Numbered from the stretch's first letter, positions 48,991 through 59,463 are shown. The stretch is DNA of 64,000 nucleotides from Candidatus Kapaibacterium sp. (GCA_963664875.1 OY761611.1:896001-960000); one strand, 5' to 3'. The notes: generated from the letters alone by a model not told the origin. Numbers and translations are program-made.

Positions 48991-49773
48991 CTACCTTATG
49001 AAATTTTCTTTGTCATTTTCTTTGAAGAAAGAAAGAGTATAATTACTATTAAGCTCTTCGCCTGCTGTTTCGCCGAATTGAGCAGCAATTGTTTCGTTTA
49101 TCTGCTGATTCAATAGATTCAGTGGAATATCCATTGGACAAACACTTGCACACTGGTTACATCCTACGCACCTTCCGGCAAGGTGCATAGCTCTGTTAAA
49201 ATGCCATTCAAAGTTACCCTGGGCATGAGAAGCAACCGGCACAAATTGCGGTTGATTTGCTTCTACCATACATTTTGTGCAATAGCACATTGGGCAAGCT
49301 GAACGACAAGCATAACATTTTATACATTTGGAGAATTCTTTATTCCAGAAATCCCTTCTTTCTTCTCGTGACATAGCTTTTATTTCTGCAACTCTGGCAG
49401 ATAAATCAGCATTTGTTTCTTTATTGTTTGCTTTGATATATTCAGTTACTTCTTCGAAACGCTCGAATTTTTTAGGAGAAGCATCAGCAGAAATAACTTT
49501 TACTTTATCACTAGTAATCTGATTTTCGTTAGCTAATTGAACTAAAGCTTTCATCGTTGACATATTAGCTAAAATACCAAGCTTAGATAATTTCTTTATT
49601 TCAGGTTTATTTAGATAAGCTGCAAGGTTAAATTCCTGGTTATCTATTTCATCCACCTGCATAGCATCTTCTGATTTTCTAACAATAAATGGTTTACCGT
49701 TTTTATATGCTACAAAAGCTTCAATATTATCATTAGCAAATAAATCCTGAATGATCGTTTTTAGATTAGACAT
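48991..49773 (-). CDS. flxC: 4Fe-4S protein, FlxC-like
   Basis: CIKCYACRSACPMCYC, RAMHLAGRCVGCNQC; start MSNLKT. Confidence 0.8.
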   Translation of the reverse strand: MSNLKTIIQDLFANDNIEAFVAYKNGKPFIVRKSEDAMQVDEIDNQEFNLAAYLNKPEIKKLSKLGILANMSTMKALVQLANENQITSDKVKVISADASPKKFERFEEVTEYIKANNKETNADLSARVAEIKAMSREERRDFWNKEFSKCIKCYACRSACPMCYCTKCMVEANQPQFVPVASHAQGNFEWHFNRAMHLAGRCVGCNQCASVCPMDIPLNLLNQQINETIAAQFGETAGEELNSNYTLSFFKENDKENFIR

Positions 49774-50224
49774 AAAGCAAATCTCCCGGCATATTGACAC
49801 CTTTTTTTGCTAACTCTTGGTATTCTGTATTTGGTCCAAGTTCACGAATATCTTCTACAACTTCATTCACCAACTCAGCCCATTTAGCACCTTCAGCAGC
49901 AGAAACCCAAGAAAAAGTTATTCTACGAGTATCTAAGCCAACAAATTCCGCTAATTCTTTGAATACCATCCATCTTCGTCTGGCATGGAAGTTACCTGAT
50001 GTATAGTGACAATCATTTGGGTGACAACCGGAAACGATTACACCATCGGCTCCTGCTTCAAATGCTTTAAGAAGGAACATAAAGTCAATTCTGCCTGTGC
50101 ATGGGTAACGAACTATTCTCACGTTTGGAGGATATTTAATTCTGCTTGTACCTGCTAGGTCAGCACCTGCATAAGTACACCAGTTACACACATAAGCCAT
50201 TATTTTAGGTTCAAACTTCTGCAT
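49766..50224 (-). CDS. flxD: MvhD/FlxD [2Fe-2S] subunit
   Basis: CNWCTYAGADLAG, CTGR, GCHPNDCHY, WVSAAEG. Confidence 0.9.
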   Translation of the reverse strand: MQKFEPKIMAYVCNWCTYAGADLAGTSRIKYPPNVRIVRYPCTGRIDFMFLLKAFEAGADGVIVSGCHPNDCHYTSGNFHARRRWMVFKELAEFVGLDTRRITFSWVSAAEGAKWAELVNEVVEDIRELGPNTEYQELAKKGVNMPGDLLYV

Positions 50225-52232
50225 ATTCCTCCCTCCTGTTCCAAAGCGACATTACTTCAGATAAGATTTGTTGATGAGTAAAGCCGTTTAAGTCTATTGA
50301 TTTCGATCTACATAAAGCTACGCAAGTACCGCAGCCTTGGCATAAACCAGGATTTATATAAGCAACAGTTTTAATTAAGTTGCCGTTTCTGTCTTTTATT
50401 TCTTCTTTCCCGATTGCTAAATATGGACAAGCAGATTCACATAAAAAACAACCTACACAAGTAGAGAACATTGGCGGAGTAGTTCTGTTTACGACAGCAA
50501 CCAATGGTTCTCTTGTAAGCTCATCATTTGCAAAAAGTGCAACTGCTTTAACTGCTGCACCGGAAGCCTGAGCTACAGTTTCTGGAATATCTCTTGGCCC
50601 TTGGCAAGCACCAGCTAACATAATACCTGCTGTATTTGTTTCTACAGGTTTAAGTTTAGGATGAGCTTCAGAATAGAAATGGTGCGCATCATAACCAATG
50701 TGCATAGTCTGAGCCAAAGGTTCTGCTTTTTGCTGAGCAACAGCTGCAGTTGCAAGTACTACCATATCTGCTTCCACTTCTACAGGTTCTGAATTAAGAA
50801 GCGTATCTACACCGCGAACAATAAGTTTTCCGTCTCTTTCATATATTTTAGAGACTCTGCCACGAATATAATTAACATCGTCTTCTTCAATTGCTCTGCG
50901 AACAAATTCGTCATAGTTTTTACCGGCAGCACGAATATCCATATAAAATACGTAGGCATCACCATGATGAACTTTATGTTTGTATAACATAGCGTGTTTT
51001 GCGGTGTACATACAACAAATTTTAGAGCAATATTCTATTCCTTTTGCGTGGTCTCTTGAACCTGAACAAGCAATAAATACTACTTTCTCAGGTACTTTTC
51101 CGTCAGATGGTCTTTTTATAACACCTAAAGTCGGACCTGAAGCTGAAGCTAGTCTTTCGAATTGCAAGCCATCAATAATATCAGGATGTTGACCATAGCC
51201 GTATTCAGGGAAGAAATCTGTATGTTTGATATCAAAACCGGTAGCTACTACAATAGCACCAATTTTTTCTTCGATTATAGTTTCTTTCTGATTAAAATCA
51301 ATAGCATTTGCCGGGCAAACTTTTTCGCATAATTTACATTTGCCAGTTTTAAAATATGTGCAATGTTCTCTATCTATCACAGGCTTATTAGGTACAGCCT
51401 GAGGAAATGGAACATAGATTGCAGTTCTATTGCTAAGCCCTGCATTAAACTCATCAGGAATGCGTTTGCTTGGGCATTTCTGCATACATAAACCGCAACC
51501 GGTACACAAACTTTCATCTACACTTTTTGCTTTTTGTCTAATCTTAACTTCAAAGTTTCCGATGAAACCTGAAACAGATTCGACTTCAGCATATGTATAT
51601 AATTTTATATTTGGATGCTGAGCAACTTCCACCATTCGTGGAGTAAGAATACACTGAGAGCAGTCCAAAGTAGGGAAAGTCTCTGATAGTTGAGCCATGT
51701 GTCCACCAATAGAAGGCTCTTTTTCAACCATAATCACCTGATGACCACAATTTGCAATATCAAGTGCAGCTTGAATACCACCAATTCCACCACCGATAAC
51801 AAGAGCTGTTTTGGTAACAGGAACTTTGATATGTGTTAGTGGTTTGTTTTTCTTTACTTTTTCTACCAACATTTTTACAAGCTCAGTAGCTTTTTCTGTA
51901 GTGCTATCTTCTTTAGCGTGAACCCATGAGCAATGCTCTCTAAGGTTAGCCATTTCACAAAGGAATTCGTTAATTCCGGCTTCACGAGCTGCTTTTCTGA
52001 AAGTAGGTTCGTGCATACGCGGAGAACATGCTGCTACAACAATACCATCAAGTTTATGTTCTTTGATAGCATCTTTAATCATTGTCTGGCCGGGATCAGA
52101 GCACATATATTTATAGTCGATACTATAAGCAACGCCCGGGAATTTTGCTGCCGTTTCTGCAACTTTGGCACAGTCAACAGTAGCTCCGATATTTTCACCG
52201 CAATGGCAAACAAATACACCTATTCTTGACAT
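50211..52232 (-). CDS. hdrA: heterodisulfide reductase subunit A
   Basis: RIGVFVCHCG, ACSPRMHE, GGGIGG, TFPTLDCSQC, CSKICC, ferredoxin motifs. Confidence 0.95.
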   Translation of the reverse strand: MSRIGVFVCHCGENIGATVDCAKVAETAAKFPGVAYSIDYKYMCSDPGQTMIKDAIKEHKLDGIVVAACSPRMHEPTFRKAAREAGINEFLCEMANLREHCSWVHAKEDSTTEKATELVKMLVEKVKKNKPLTHIKVPVTKTALVIGGGIGGIQAALDIANCGHQVIMVEKEPSIGGHMAQLSETFPTLDCSQCILTPRMVEVAQHPNIKLYTYAEVESVSGFIGNFEVKIRQKAKSVDESLCTGCGLCMQKCPSKRIPDEFNAGLSNRTAIYVPFPQAVPNKPVIDREHCTYFKTGKCKLCEKVCPANAIDFNQKETIIEEKIGAIVVATGFDIKHTDFFPEYGYGQHPDIIDGLQFERLASASGPTLGVIKRPSDGKVPEKVVFIACSGSRDHAKGIEYCSKICCMYTAKHAMLYKHKVHHGDAYVFYMDIRAAGKNYDEFVRRAIEEDDVNYIRGRVSKIYERDGKLIVRGVDTLLNSEPVEVEADMVVLATAAVAQQKAEPLAQTMHIGYDAHHFYSEAHPKLKPVETNTAGIMLAGACQGPRDIPETVAQASGAAVKAVALFANDELTREPLVAVVNRTTPPMFSTCVGCFLCESACPYLAIGKEEIKDRNGNLIKTVAYINPGLCQGCGTCVALCRSKSIDLNGFTHQQILSEVMSLWNRREEYAEV

Positions 52233-52242
52233 TATACCTCCG

Positions 52243-53118
52243 TTAAGCTAATTCAGCCACAATTTTTAAATCTTTTTCTTTCACAGGGACAAAGTGTCTT
52301 TGCAAACCAAGTTTTTGTCCCGGAATACCAAGTGCAAGACCAATCATTTGAGTAATATAAAGCACAGGCATTTGAGCTGCTTTGCTTAAATATTTTTCAA
52401 TTTCCGGTCTTCTCATATCCAGATTAGAATGGCACATTGGGCAAGCAAGAACGATAGCTTCTGCCCCACGTTTTTCAGCATCTGCATATATGTCACCTGA
52501 TAATTTGGCAACTACATCAGTTTTGGGAACTGAAAGACCTGCACCACAACATTCAGTTTTAAATGCCCAGTCTATAGTTTTAGTACCAATAATTTTCAGA
52601 ATATTTTCCATAATCTGAGGATCTTCGTATCTATCAATTTTTGCTAATTTTGGTGGTCTTACAAGTAAGCAGCCGTAATAACAAGCAGTTACTACTTCTA
52701 CTTTACTTTTCACTTTCTCAGCAAGAATATCTTTAACATATTTTTCTAAGAATTCGAGCACTGAAATCGGACGAGCTTTTGCTTCAATCGGCATTTCTAT
52801 TATAGAAGTTATTTCTTCTCTCAATTTTTTGTCTTTCTTCACCTCTTCGTAAGCATTTATAAGTCTGCTATAGCAAGCAGCACAAGGAACTAAGATTTCA
52901 TCAAAGTCCTGCTTCTCAGCTAAAGCAATACTCCTTGCAGGAAGAGATAATGATAATTTATGATTCAAGGAGTGAGCAGCAGTAGCACCACAGCAATTCC
53001 AGTCATTAATTTCTACAAGTTCAATATCCAGTTTCTCACAAATTGCTTTGATTGACTCTCCATACTCTAAAGCAGTACCTGCCATAGAGCAACCCGGGAA
53101 GTATCCTAATCTAATCAA
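52243..53118 (-). CDS. hdrB: heterodisulfide reductase subunit B
   Basis: YFPGC, WNCCGA, YYGCLL, ECCGA, ACPMCH (CCG domains). Confidence 0.93.
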   Translation of the reverse strand: MIRLGYFPGCSMAGTALEYGESIKAICEKLDIELVEINDWNCCGATAAHSLNHKLSLSLPARSIALAEKQDFDEILVPCAACYSRLINAYEEVKKDKKLREEITSIIEMPIEAKARPISVLEFLEKYVKDILAEKVKSKVEVVTACYYGCLLVRPPKLAKIDRYEDPQIMENILKIIGTKTIDWAFKTECCGAGLSVPKTDVVAKLSGDIYADAEKRGAEAIVLACPMCHSNLDMRRPEIEKYLSKAAQMPVLYITQMIGLALGIPGQKLGLQRHFVPVKEKDLKIVAELA

Positions 53119-53702
53119 TGTTCACCTCCAGCATTACTTTGTGCTTCTGCTCTTTCAAACATTTTTCTGATAGCCTCTTTGTTTTTTACAGTATGCGGCA
53201 TCAGACTAAGCTTACCTTTTAAAAACATGGCAGGAGCATTTTTAACATCCTGCATTAGGTTGAATGTTTTCATCTTGTACTGAGCAACCATACCAACCTC
53301 AAAGAGTTTGCCTGTCGTTTTAACTGAGTTTAAGAAAGACTCATGAAATGCCACAATGTCTTTTGCTTCTTTGTTATAGACTTTGTCTTTGTAGGCTTTT
53401 TGTCTCAAATAATCAGCAATAATCGGGAATTCTACATCCTGAGGGCATCGGGCAGCACATGTTTCGCACGTAAGGCAAAGCCAAATGTGCATAGACTGAA
53501 GAGCATTATTGTCATGCTTTTCATCCCCTACCTGCAACTGTCTGATAACCTGATTAGGAGCCATATCGGTAATGTCAGCAACCGGACACCCGGCGGCACA
53601 TTTCCCGCATTGATAGCAATCTGCAACCCATTGCTTCGTCTCTAACTTTATTGAATATTTGAGAGATGAAGAATGAGGATGTTGATGTAAAGATTCTACC
53701 AT
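53115..53702 (-). CDS. hdrC: heterodisulfide reductase subunit C
   Basis: CYQCGKCAAGCP, IWLCLTCETCAARCP. Confidence 0.93.
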   Translation of the reverse strand: MVESLHQHPHSSSLKYSIKLETKQWVADCYQCGKCAAGCPVADITDMAPNQVIRQLQVGDEKHDNNALQSMHIWLCLTCETCAARCPQDVEFPIIADYLRQKAYKDKVYNKEAKDIVAFHESFLNSVKTTGKLFEVGMVAQYKMKTFNLMQDVKNAPAMFLKGKLSLMPHTVKNKEAIRKMFERAEAQSNAGGEH

Positions 53703-54095
53703 ATCGTCCTCATAGTAGTTTATTTATATTTATATAACATTTTCCCTTAATAAATCACATATTAATCCACACCATTATTGCATATAATAATAAATGAGAT
53801 AGCATACACTTAGTATGCCTAATATGCTAAGATAGCTCACTCTGATAATTTAGCAATTAGAAACAAATTATGAAAGAATTGAATTGATTTTTGTCTTATT
53901 TTTTTCCACATTCTCCATTTTCTTGCATATTTCAGCATTACACCTTAGTATTATTCATCATTTTTTAAATGTTTTTTCTTTGTTTAGATTTTTCTATTAT
54001 TTTTATTAGCCTAACATGATTTTTTAGATTAGCCTTATCTAATTCTAAATTTCCTACACTTTTATCTTGATAGTAACACTACATATTTGCACTAT

Positions 54096-54120
54096 AAAAA
54101 AAGCCGCACTAAGTACGGCC
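54096..54120 (-). terminator. terminator after the TerC-family gene
   Basis: Minus strand ggccgtacttagtgcggc followed by T7. Confidence 0.75.
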
Positions 54121-54151
54121 ATTTTCTTTATTTTTTAGAATATAAATCAGT

Positions 54152-54862
54152 CTAATTGGTCTTCTTTTTTCGAATCTTCATATTGATAAACTCGACCGAC
54201 AAAGAGAAAGCTACTGCAAAATATATGTACCCTTTTGGTACGTGGTAGTGTAGTGCTTCTATAAGCAACATAAAACCTATCAAGATCAAAAATGATAACG
54301 CAAGCACTTGAAGTGTAGGATGATTATTGATAAATTCGCTTATTTTACCGGAAAAAACAATCATTACTATCATTGCCAGTATCACTGCAATAATCATAAT
54401 AAGCACGTCTTCAGTTAAACCTACAGCTGTTAGTATCGAATCGAAAGAAAAGATAAAATCGAGTGCAATGATTTGAGTAATCACAGCTGCAAAGGATTTA
54501 GCTTTAGAATTGGTACCATGCTGCTCTTCTCCTGACATTTTATGGTGTATTTCAGAAGTACTTTTTGCTAGAAGAAAAATCCCCCCTACGGCAAGAATCA
54601 AATCTCTTCCACTTAGTTCAAATCCCAAAATTGTCAAAATTGGTTGGGTAAATCCAATTATATAAGAAATACCGAGTAGTAAAAATATTCTGACTATGAG
54701 AGCAAGCGATAAGCCTATCAATCTTGCTTTTGCCTGCTGCTCATGAGGCAATTTATTGGAAACGATAGATATAAAAATAATATTATCCACACCCAGCACT
54801 ATTTCCAAAAATGTCAAAGTAAGTAACGCAATCCATGCTTCCGAATGCAAAAACACTTCCAT
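54152..54862 (-). CDS. TerC family membrane protein
   Basis: LEIVLGVDNIIFISI, DFIFSFDSILTAVG, PKGYIYFA. Confidence 0.93.
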   Translation of the reverse strand: MEVFLHSEAWIALLTLTFLEIVLGVDNIIFISIVSNKLPHEQQAKARLIGLSLALIVRIFLLLGISYIIGFTQPILTILGFELSGRDLILAVGGIFLLAKSTSEIHHKMSGEEQHGTNSKAKSFAAVITQIIALDFIFSFDSILTAVGLTEDVLIMIIAVILAMIVMIVFSGKISEFINNHPTLQVLALSFLILIGFMLLIEALHYHVPKGYIYFAVAFSLSVEFINMKIRKKKTN

Positions 54863-54990
54863 AAATTATACCTTATATATTTGAACCGTCATTTATTCCG
54901 TTTTGCAAAATATTGATTTCCTTGTAAGCAACAAAAGACTTATATTTATTATTAGAGATAAATTTTTTTTAGTTATAGATTGTTTCTCTT

Positions 54991-55929
54991 ATGGACGCTG
55001 CAAAACTTAAAGCTAAACTGATAGAAGAACTCAGGAAAAATATCGATAATTTAGATAGTGAAATAATCTCGCTTCTTAGCAGCAGATTAGAAAAAGCGAG
55101 ACAGATTATCAAAATCAAAGATGAATTGGGAGAATCTGCGTTCTCGCCCGAAAGAGAACGTGCCATTTTGAATTCTTTATATTCGAAATCATCAAGGCTT
55201 TTGAATAAAAGCTTTATTGAATCCATTTATAACACCATCTTTGATGAATCAAAGCAAATTGCAAAAGAGCAACACAACCCTTACTCTATTACATTCCTTA
55301 TAAAAGACAGCAACGCCTTGAAGCGAATTTCTAATTTGCCTAATTTTATTGCTGAAGAATTCAACCTGATTGTAGCTTTTTCTGATGCAAATTTAGATAT
55401 AAAACAAGAATTGAATTCTCTGAATAACATAAAAACGATGTTCTTCGCTGAAAGATTCACACAGTTAGACAAATTAAAAACTACACCGGATTTTATTGTC
55501 CCTAACTATTTTAGCAATTTTTGTGAGGAGTCCCAGCAAAAATTCGCAGAGCTTGTTAATTCGACTAAGTCAAATTTAGTGTTACGCTACGGTAATGGAT
55601 TTTATATTAAAGAATTTGTAGAAATATTAGATAGATATCTCACTATTTTAGACACCCCTCCCTCCATATTACTGGACAGACAGCTCGTACAGCCTGTGGA
55701 TTTAGGTACTGAAATCAACTTAAACAGCTTACTTGAAATTAAACCATATTCAACTGCAACATTATTCAAAGATATGTGTTATTTAAGTAAAGAAGCCGAT
55801 GTTGTTTCTGCCTCAAAAGCAGCTTTTACTTCAGGAGTAAATTCAGTTATCGTTGATATTAATACAGTGACAAACTCCTCGATACAGTCAATAATCGAGT
55901 TTTGCAAAATGTTACAAAGGCAGAAATGA
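54991..55929 (+). CDS. chorismate mutase (AroQ) fused to a degenerate DAHP-synthase-like domain
   Basis: N-terminal LRKNIDNLDSEIISLLSSR...PERE; C-terminal part echoes the type I-beta DAHP synthase layout without its catalytic motifs. Confidence 0.7.
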   Translation: MDAAKLKAKLIEELRKNIDNLDSEIISLLSSRLEKARQIIKIKDELGESAFSPERERAILNSLYSKSSRLLNKSFIESIYNTIFDESKQIAKEQHNPYSITFLIKDSNALKRISNLPNFIAEEFNLIVAFSDANLDIKQELNSLNNIKTMFFAERFTQLDKLKTTPDFIVPNYFSNFCEESQQKFAELVNSTKSNLVLRYGNGFYIKEFVEILDRYLTILDTPPSILLDRQLVQPVDLGTEINLNSLLEIKPYSTATLFKDMCYLSKEADVVSASKAAFTSGVNSVIVDINTVTNSSIQSIIEFCKMLQRQK

Positions 55930-56948
55930 GCTTAGTACTCAAACAGTTAAACAATGCACTTTCAGATTATGTTTTTGCCGATTTTAATCAGTATTTGGCA
56001 AAAAAAATGGAGTCATACAATAGAATTTTCTTTATTACTGACGACAATCTTGAAAAGCATTATAAAGCTTCCATTTTGCAATCCGGCAATTACTTTTCTT
56101 TTGAGCATGGAGAGCAAAATAAAACACTTGGTACAGTAGAGAGTATTTATAATTTCTTTACTACGCACGAAGCAAATCGTTCTGATTTGATTATTGGATT
56201 TGGTGGAGGAATTGTTTCTGACATTACAGGATTTGCAGCGGCTACTTTTAAACGTGGCTTAGATTTCGGTTTTATTCCTACAACTTTACTTTCAATGGTC
56301 GATGCATCTATTGGCGGGAAAAACGGCATAAATTATAAAAATTATAAAAACATGGTTGGTAGCATAGTGCAACCCAAATTTATCTGCGTTGATGTAAAAT
56401 TATTGGATACTTTGCCTAAAAGGGACTTTACAGACGGATTTGCAGAAATAATTAAATCAGCCGCGATTGCTGATTCATCATTGATTGAAACGCTATCAGA
56501 TAAACAATATTTTGATATTTCAGATATTATTCTTAAAGTTGCTAAAATCAAATTTGCAATTGTAACTAAAGACGTAAAAGAAAACGGACTTAGAAAAGTT
56601 CTTAACTTCGGCCATACTATTGCTCACGCAATAGAAAAGGAATATGCCTATTCGCATGGAGTCGCAGTAGCTTGGGGAATGATTTTTGCATCAGAGCTGT
56701 CTTTCAGTTTAGGACTGCTTTGCTTTAATAAAAAAGAAATTTTGCAAAAACTTATAAGAAGATATTTTGATTTATCCAAAGCTCCTATTGAAATGGAAAC
56801 AATCTCAGACGCAATCAAGTTTGATAAAAAAAGAAAAAACGACTATATAGACTTTGTACTTCTTCAAGATATAGGAAGTCCGATAATAAAATCAATTTCA
56901 ATAAATAATTTGACGGAGATGATGCATGCTTTTTGTTACACTCGGTAA
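55926..56948 (+). CDS. aroB: 3-dehydroquinate synthase
   Basis: GEQNKT, GGGIVSD, PTTLLSMVDASIGGKNG, LNFGHTIAHAIE, HGVAV. Confidence 0.95.
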   Translation: MSLVLKQLNNALSDYVFADFNQYLAKKMESYNRIFFITDDNLEKHYKASILQSGNYFSFEHGEQNKTLGTVESIYNFFTTHEANRSDLIIGFGGGIVSDITGFAAATFKRGLDFGFIPTTLLSMVDASIGGKNGINYKNYKNMVGSIVQPKFICVDVKLLDTLPKRDFTDGFAEIIKSAAIADSSLIETLSDKQYFDISDIILKVAKIKFAIVTKDVKENGLRKVLNFGHTIAHAIEKEYAYSHGVAVAWGMIFASELSFSLGLLCFNKKEILQKLIRRYFDLSKAPIEMETISDAIKFDKKRKNDYIDFVLLQDIGSPIIKSISINNLTEMMHAFCYTR

Positions 56949-57564
56949 TATGGACAAAGAACAGCTTTTGGTACAGGTAAAAAAGTATGATAATATAGAA
57001 ATTCGATTTGATTTGTTACCTGAATTGTCATTAGATGACATCAAAGAAGTAGTCGAAGCAGGTAAAAATATAATAGCTACCTGCCGTGGTGGCAAGCTGT
57101 CATTAGATGATAGAATTAATATTTTGAAAGCTGCTGTAAAAGCAGGTGCCAATTTCATTGATTTGGAGTACAAAAACGACCAAAGTGTGCTTGATAAACT
57201 ATATCAAATTTCGCGGGAGTACAACTGCCAAACCATCATATCATATCACGATTATGACAAAACTCCTTCATATTTAGAGCTTAAGCATCAGCTGGCAGAT
57301 ATGCTCGATATGAAAACTGCTTATGTCAAACTTGCGGTTAACACAAGAACTAATGATGAAATTGACAGATTGTTTGATTTGTTCAAAGATTTCAACAACA
57401 AGAATATTGTGCTTGTACCTATGAGTGATGATTTGCCTGAAGCTCGTGTAGAATCTCTATTTCTTGGATCTGCATTTATGTATGTAGCTCCTGATGGTAT
57501 AGAAACAAATATAGCTCCGGGCATGATTTCGTTTTCTGAATTTCAAAAACTTGCAGCTATGTAA
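56926..57564 (+). CDS. aroD: type I 3-dehydroquinate dehydratase
   Basis: EIRFD, IATCR, IDLE, ISYHDYDKTP, VKLA, APG. Confidence 0.9.
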   Translation: MLFVTLGNMDKEQLLVQVKKYDNIEIRFDLLPELSLDDIKEVVEAGKNIIATCRGGKLSLDDRINILKAAVKAGANFIDLEYKNDQSVLDKLYQISREYNCQTIISYHDYDKTPSYLELKHQLADMLDMKTAYVKLAVNTRTNDEIDRLFDLFKDFNNKNIVLVPMSDDLPEARVESLFLGSAFMYVAPDGIETNIAPGMISFSEFQKLAAM

Positions 57565-57639
57565 AAAATAGCAGAAATGCTCCTTTATTTATTGCATTTT
57601 TCTTTGTATCTTTATACTATAAAATAGTTTGTCCAACAA

Positions 57640-58704
57640 GTGAGTGGAGCGAATAACTCTCCCGATATGGAATATTTTCTGATTGCCTTTGTGGTTTCAA
57701 TTGGTTTCCTAATTTCTACACTATCTGCAGCTGTTACATCCGTACCTCCGGATGAGAATGAGAGCGAAAGCAACTCGATTAGGAGTCGCTTTGAAAGCAG
57801 GGTTAATCCCTTAGATATACTCGAGATATTTGCCTACTTAGTTTCGGCTGTCATGCTTGGCGTTACTCTCAATAACGGCTCTCACCCTTACTATGAAAAC
57901 TATATAGCTTTATTCCTGTTTCTTATTTCGTTTTTGTTGCTACGATACATTTTTGTTGGCATTGGTATAAGATTTTATAGCAAAATATTTTCTTCATTTT
58001 TGCCATTATACAAACTTGTTACACTTTTGGTATCTCCATTTTCTAATATGATTTCTACTATGATTGCTGCTATTAGCAATGAGAATATGGAAGACGCTTC
58101 GAGAAACGAAATTTCTGCTTTAGTAGAATCTGCGCGAGAAGAGGGTTCTTTAGATGATCGCGAATACAGAATCCTTAAAAATATAATGCATTTCAGCGAT
58201 ATTCTTGTCAGCGATGTCATGACTCCCAGAACTATGGTTTTTTCTGCTAAAACAGAGGCCACAGTAAAAGATATAATCAGTCTTCCCGAACTTAAAATGT
58301 ACAGTAGATTTCCAATATGGTCCGGCGAATCCCTCGATGAAAACATTGATGGCTATGTTATGACAAGAGACGTACTGCATGCAGCTCTCAGGGGCGAATA
58401 TGATATAAAACTCTCAAAGTTTGCCCGTGAAGTGTATTATATTCCTGAAAATGCAGAGCTGGATGTTGCTTTAGATAAATTCCTAAAAAGAAAGCAGCAT
58501 TTGTTTATGGTTGTAGATGAGTATGGTGGAATCGAAGGCTTGCTCTCAATGGAAGATGTATTAGAGACAATTTTGGGAGTAGAGATTGTGGACGAAGCTG
58601 ATAGATTCGAAGATTTAAGAGAAATTGCTAAACAGCAAAGAGACAGAAGAATCTCACAACTTTCTTCCTCAGGCGAAATAATAAATGATGAGGTGGTAGA
58701 ATAA
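57640..58704 (+). CDS. CNNM/CorC-like CBS-domain membrane protein
   Basis: DVMTPR, YSRFPI, VVDEYGGIEGLLSMEDVLE; alternative start at ATG 57667. Confidence 0.88.
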   Translation: MSGANNSPDMEYFLIAFVVSIGFLISTLSAAVTSVPPDENESESNSIRSRFESRVNPLDILEIFAYLVSAVMLGVTLNNGSHPYYENYIALFLFLISFLLLRYIFVGIGIRFYSKIFSSFLPLYKLVTLLVSPFSNMISTMIAAISNENMEDASRNEISALVESAREEGSLDDREYRILKNIMHFSDILVSDVMTPRTMVFSAKTEATVKDIISLPELKMYSRFPIWSGESLDENIDGYVMTRDVLHAALRGEYDIKLSKFAREVYYIPENAELDVALDKFLKRKQHLFMVVDEYGGIEGLLSMEDVLETILGVEIVDEADRFEDLREIAKQQRDRRISQLSSSGEIINDEVVE

Positions 58705-58705
58705 C

Positions 58706-59110
58706 ATGGTGTCAACTTCTTTAATACATTGGGAAAAAGACTTGATTGTCGGAATTGAGTCTATCGACAAGCAGCACTTTTTGCTCACCAATCAATTGAA
58801 TTTGGCTTTTGAGCTTTATAAAGAAAACAATACAAAAGAATCTTTAGATGCTTTGGAAAGATTTGTTTTGACTATAAAAAATCATTTCGCTTCCGAAGAA
58901 TCTATAATGCAATCCAATAGTTATCCGAATTTCGATGAGCATTGCTCTCTACACACAAAACTGTTTGAACAGATAAATAAATTATACCATTTTTTGGTAG
59001 AAGGAAAGTCAGTTTTAAACGATGAAGTCTTTGATTTTCTTAAAAGTTGGCTTTTGGATCATATAAAACAGAGCGATAGAGAATTAGGTATATTTTTGAA
59101 TTTGCGGTAA
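58706..59110 (+). CDS. bacteriohemerythrin
   Basis: IDKQH, HFASEE, HCSLH, WLLDHIKQSD di-iron ligands. Confidence 0.92.
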   Translation: MVSTSLIHWEKDLIVGIESIDKQHFLLTNQLNLAFELYKENNTKESLDALERFVLTIKNHFASEESIMQSNSYPNFDEHCSLHTKLFEQINKLYHFLVEGKSVLNDEVFDFLKSWLLDHIKQSDRELGIFLNLR

Positions 59111-59125
59111 ATTTTATAAAAAGTA

Positions 59126-59157
59126 TTTGCAAATATCAGACATTTTCCATATTTTTG
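59126..59157 (+). promoter_or_regulatory. Bacteroidota-type promoter for tRNA-Pro copy 1
   Basis: TTTG-N20-TATTTTTG. Confidence 0.65.
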
Positions 59158-59172
59158 AATTCTCGTTTGAGA

Positions 59173-59247
59173 CGGGGCGTGGCGCAGTCCGGTTAGCGCG
59201 TCTGGTTTGGGACCAGAAGGCCGGAGGTTCGAATCCTCTCGCCCCGA
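59173..59247 (+). tRNA. tRNA-Pro(TGG) copy 1
   Basis: Anticodon arm tctgg-ttTGGga-ccaga; acceptor cggggcg/cgccccg. Confidence 0.95.
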
Positions 59248-59343
59248 CTTTACAAGCACTTAGTGCTTTTTATTTTTGTCATTTTTTGACAAATAAATAA
59301 ATTCAGTAGTTTGAAATATTGAAAAAATACAAAATAATTCTTG

Positions 59344-59374
59344 TTGTTTATTTCCAAAATAATTATTAGTTTTG
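59344..59374 (+). promoter_or_regulatory. Bacteroidota-type promoter for tRNA-Pro copy 2
   Basis: TTG-N20-TAGTTTTG. Confidence 0.55.
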
Positions 59375-59384
59375 TATTGTCTTA

Positions 59385-59459
59385 CGGGGCGTGGCGCAGT
59401 CCGGTTAGCGCGTCTGGTTTGGGACCAGAAGGCCGGAGGTTCGAATCCTCTCGCCCCGA
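59385..59459 (+). tRNA. tRNA-Pro(TGG) copy 2
   Basis: Identical to copy 1. Confidence 0.95.
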
Positions 59460-59463
59460 CGCT

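Noticed and set aside
47145-53702. Selenocysteine in HdrA or MvhD/FlxD
   Set aside because: ORFs are uninterrupted and use Cys at the motif positions
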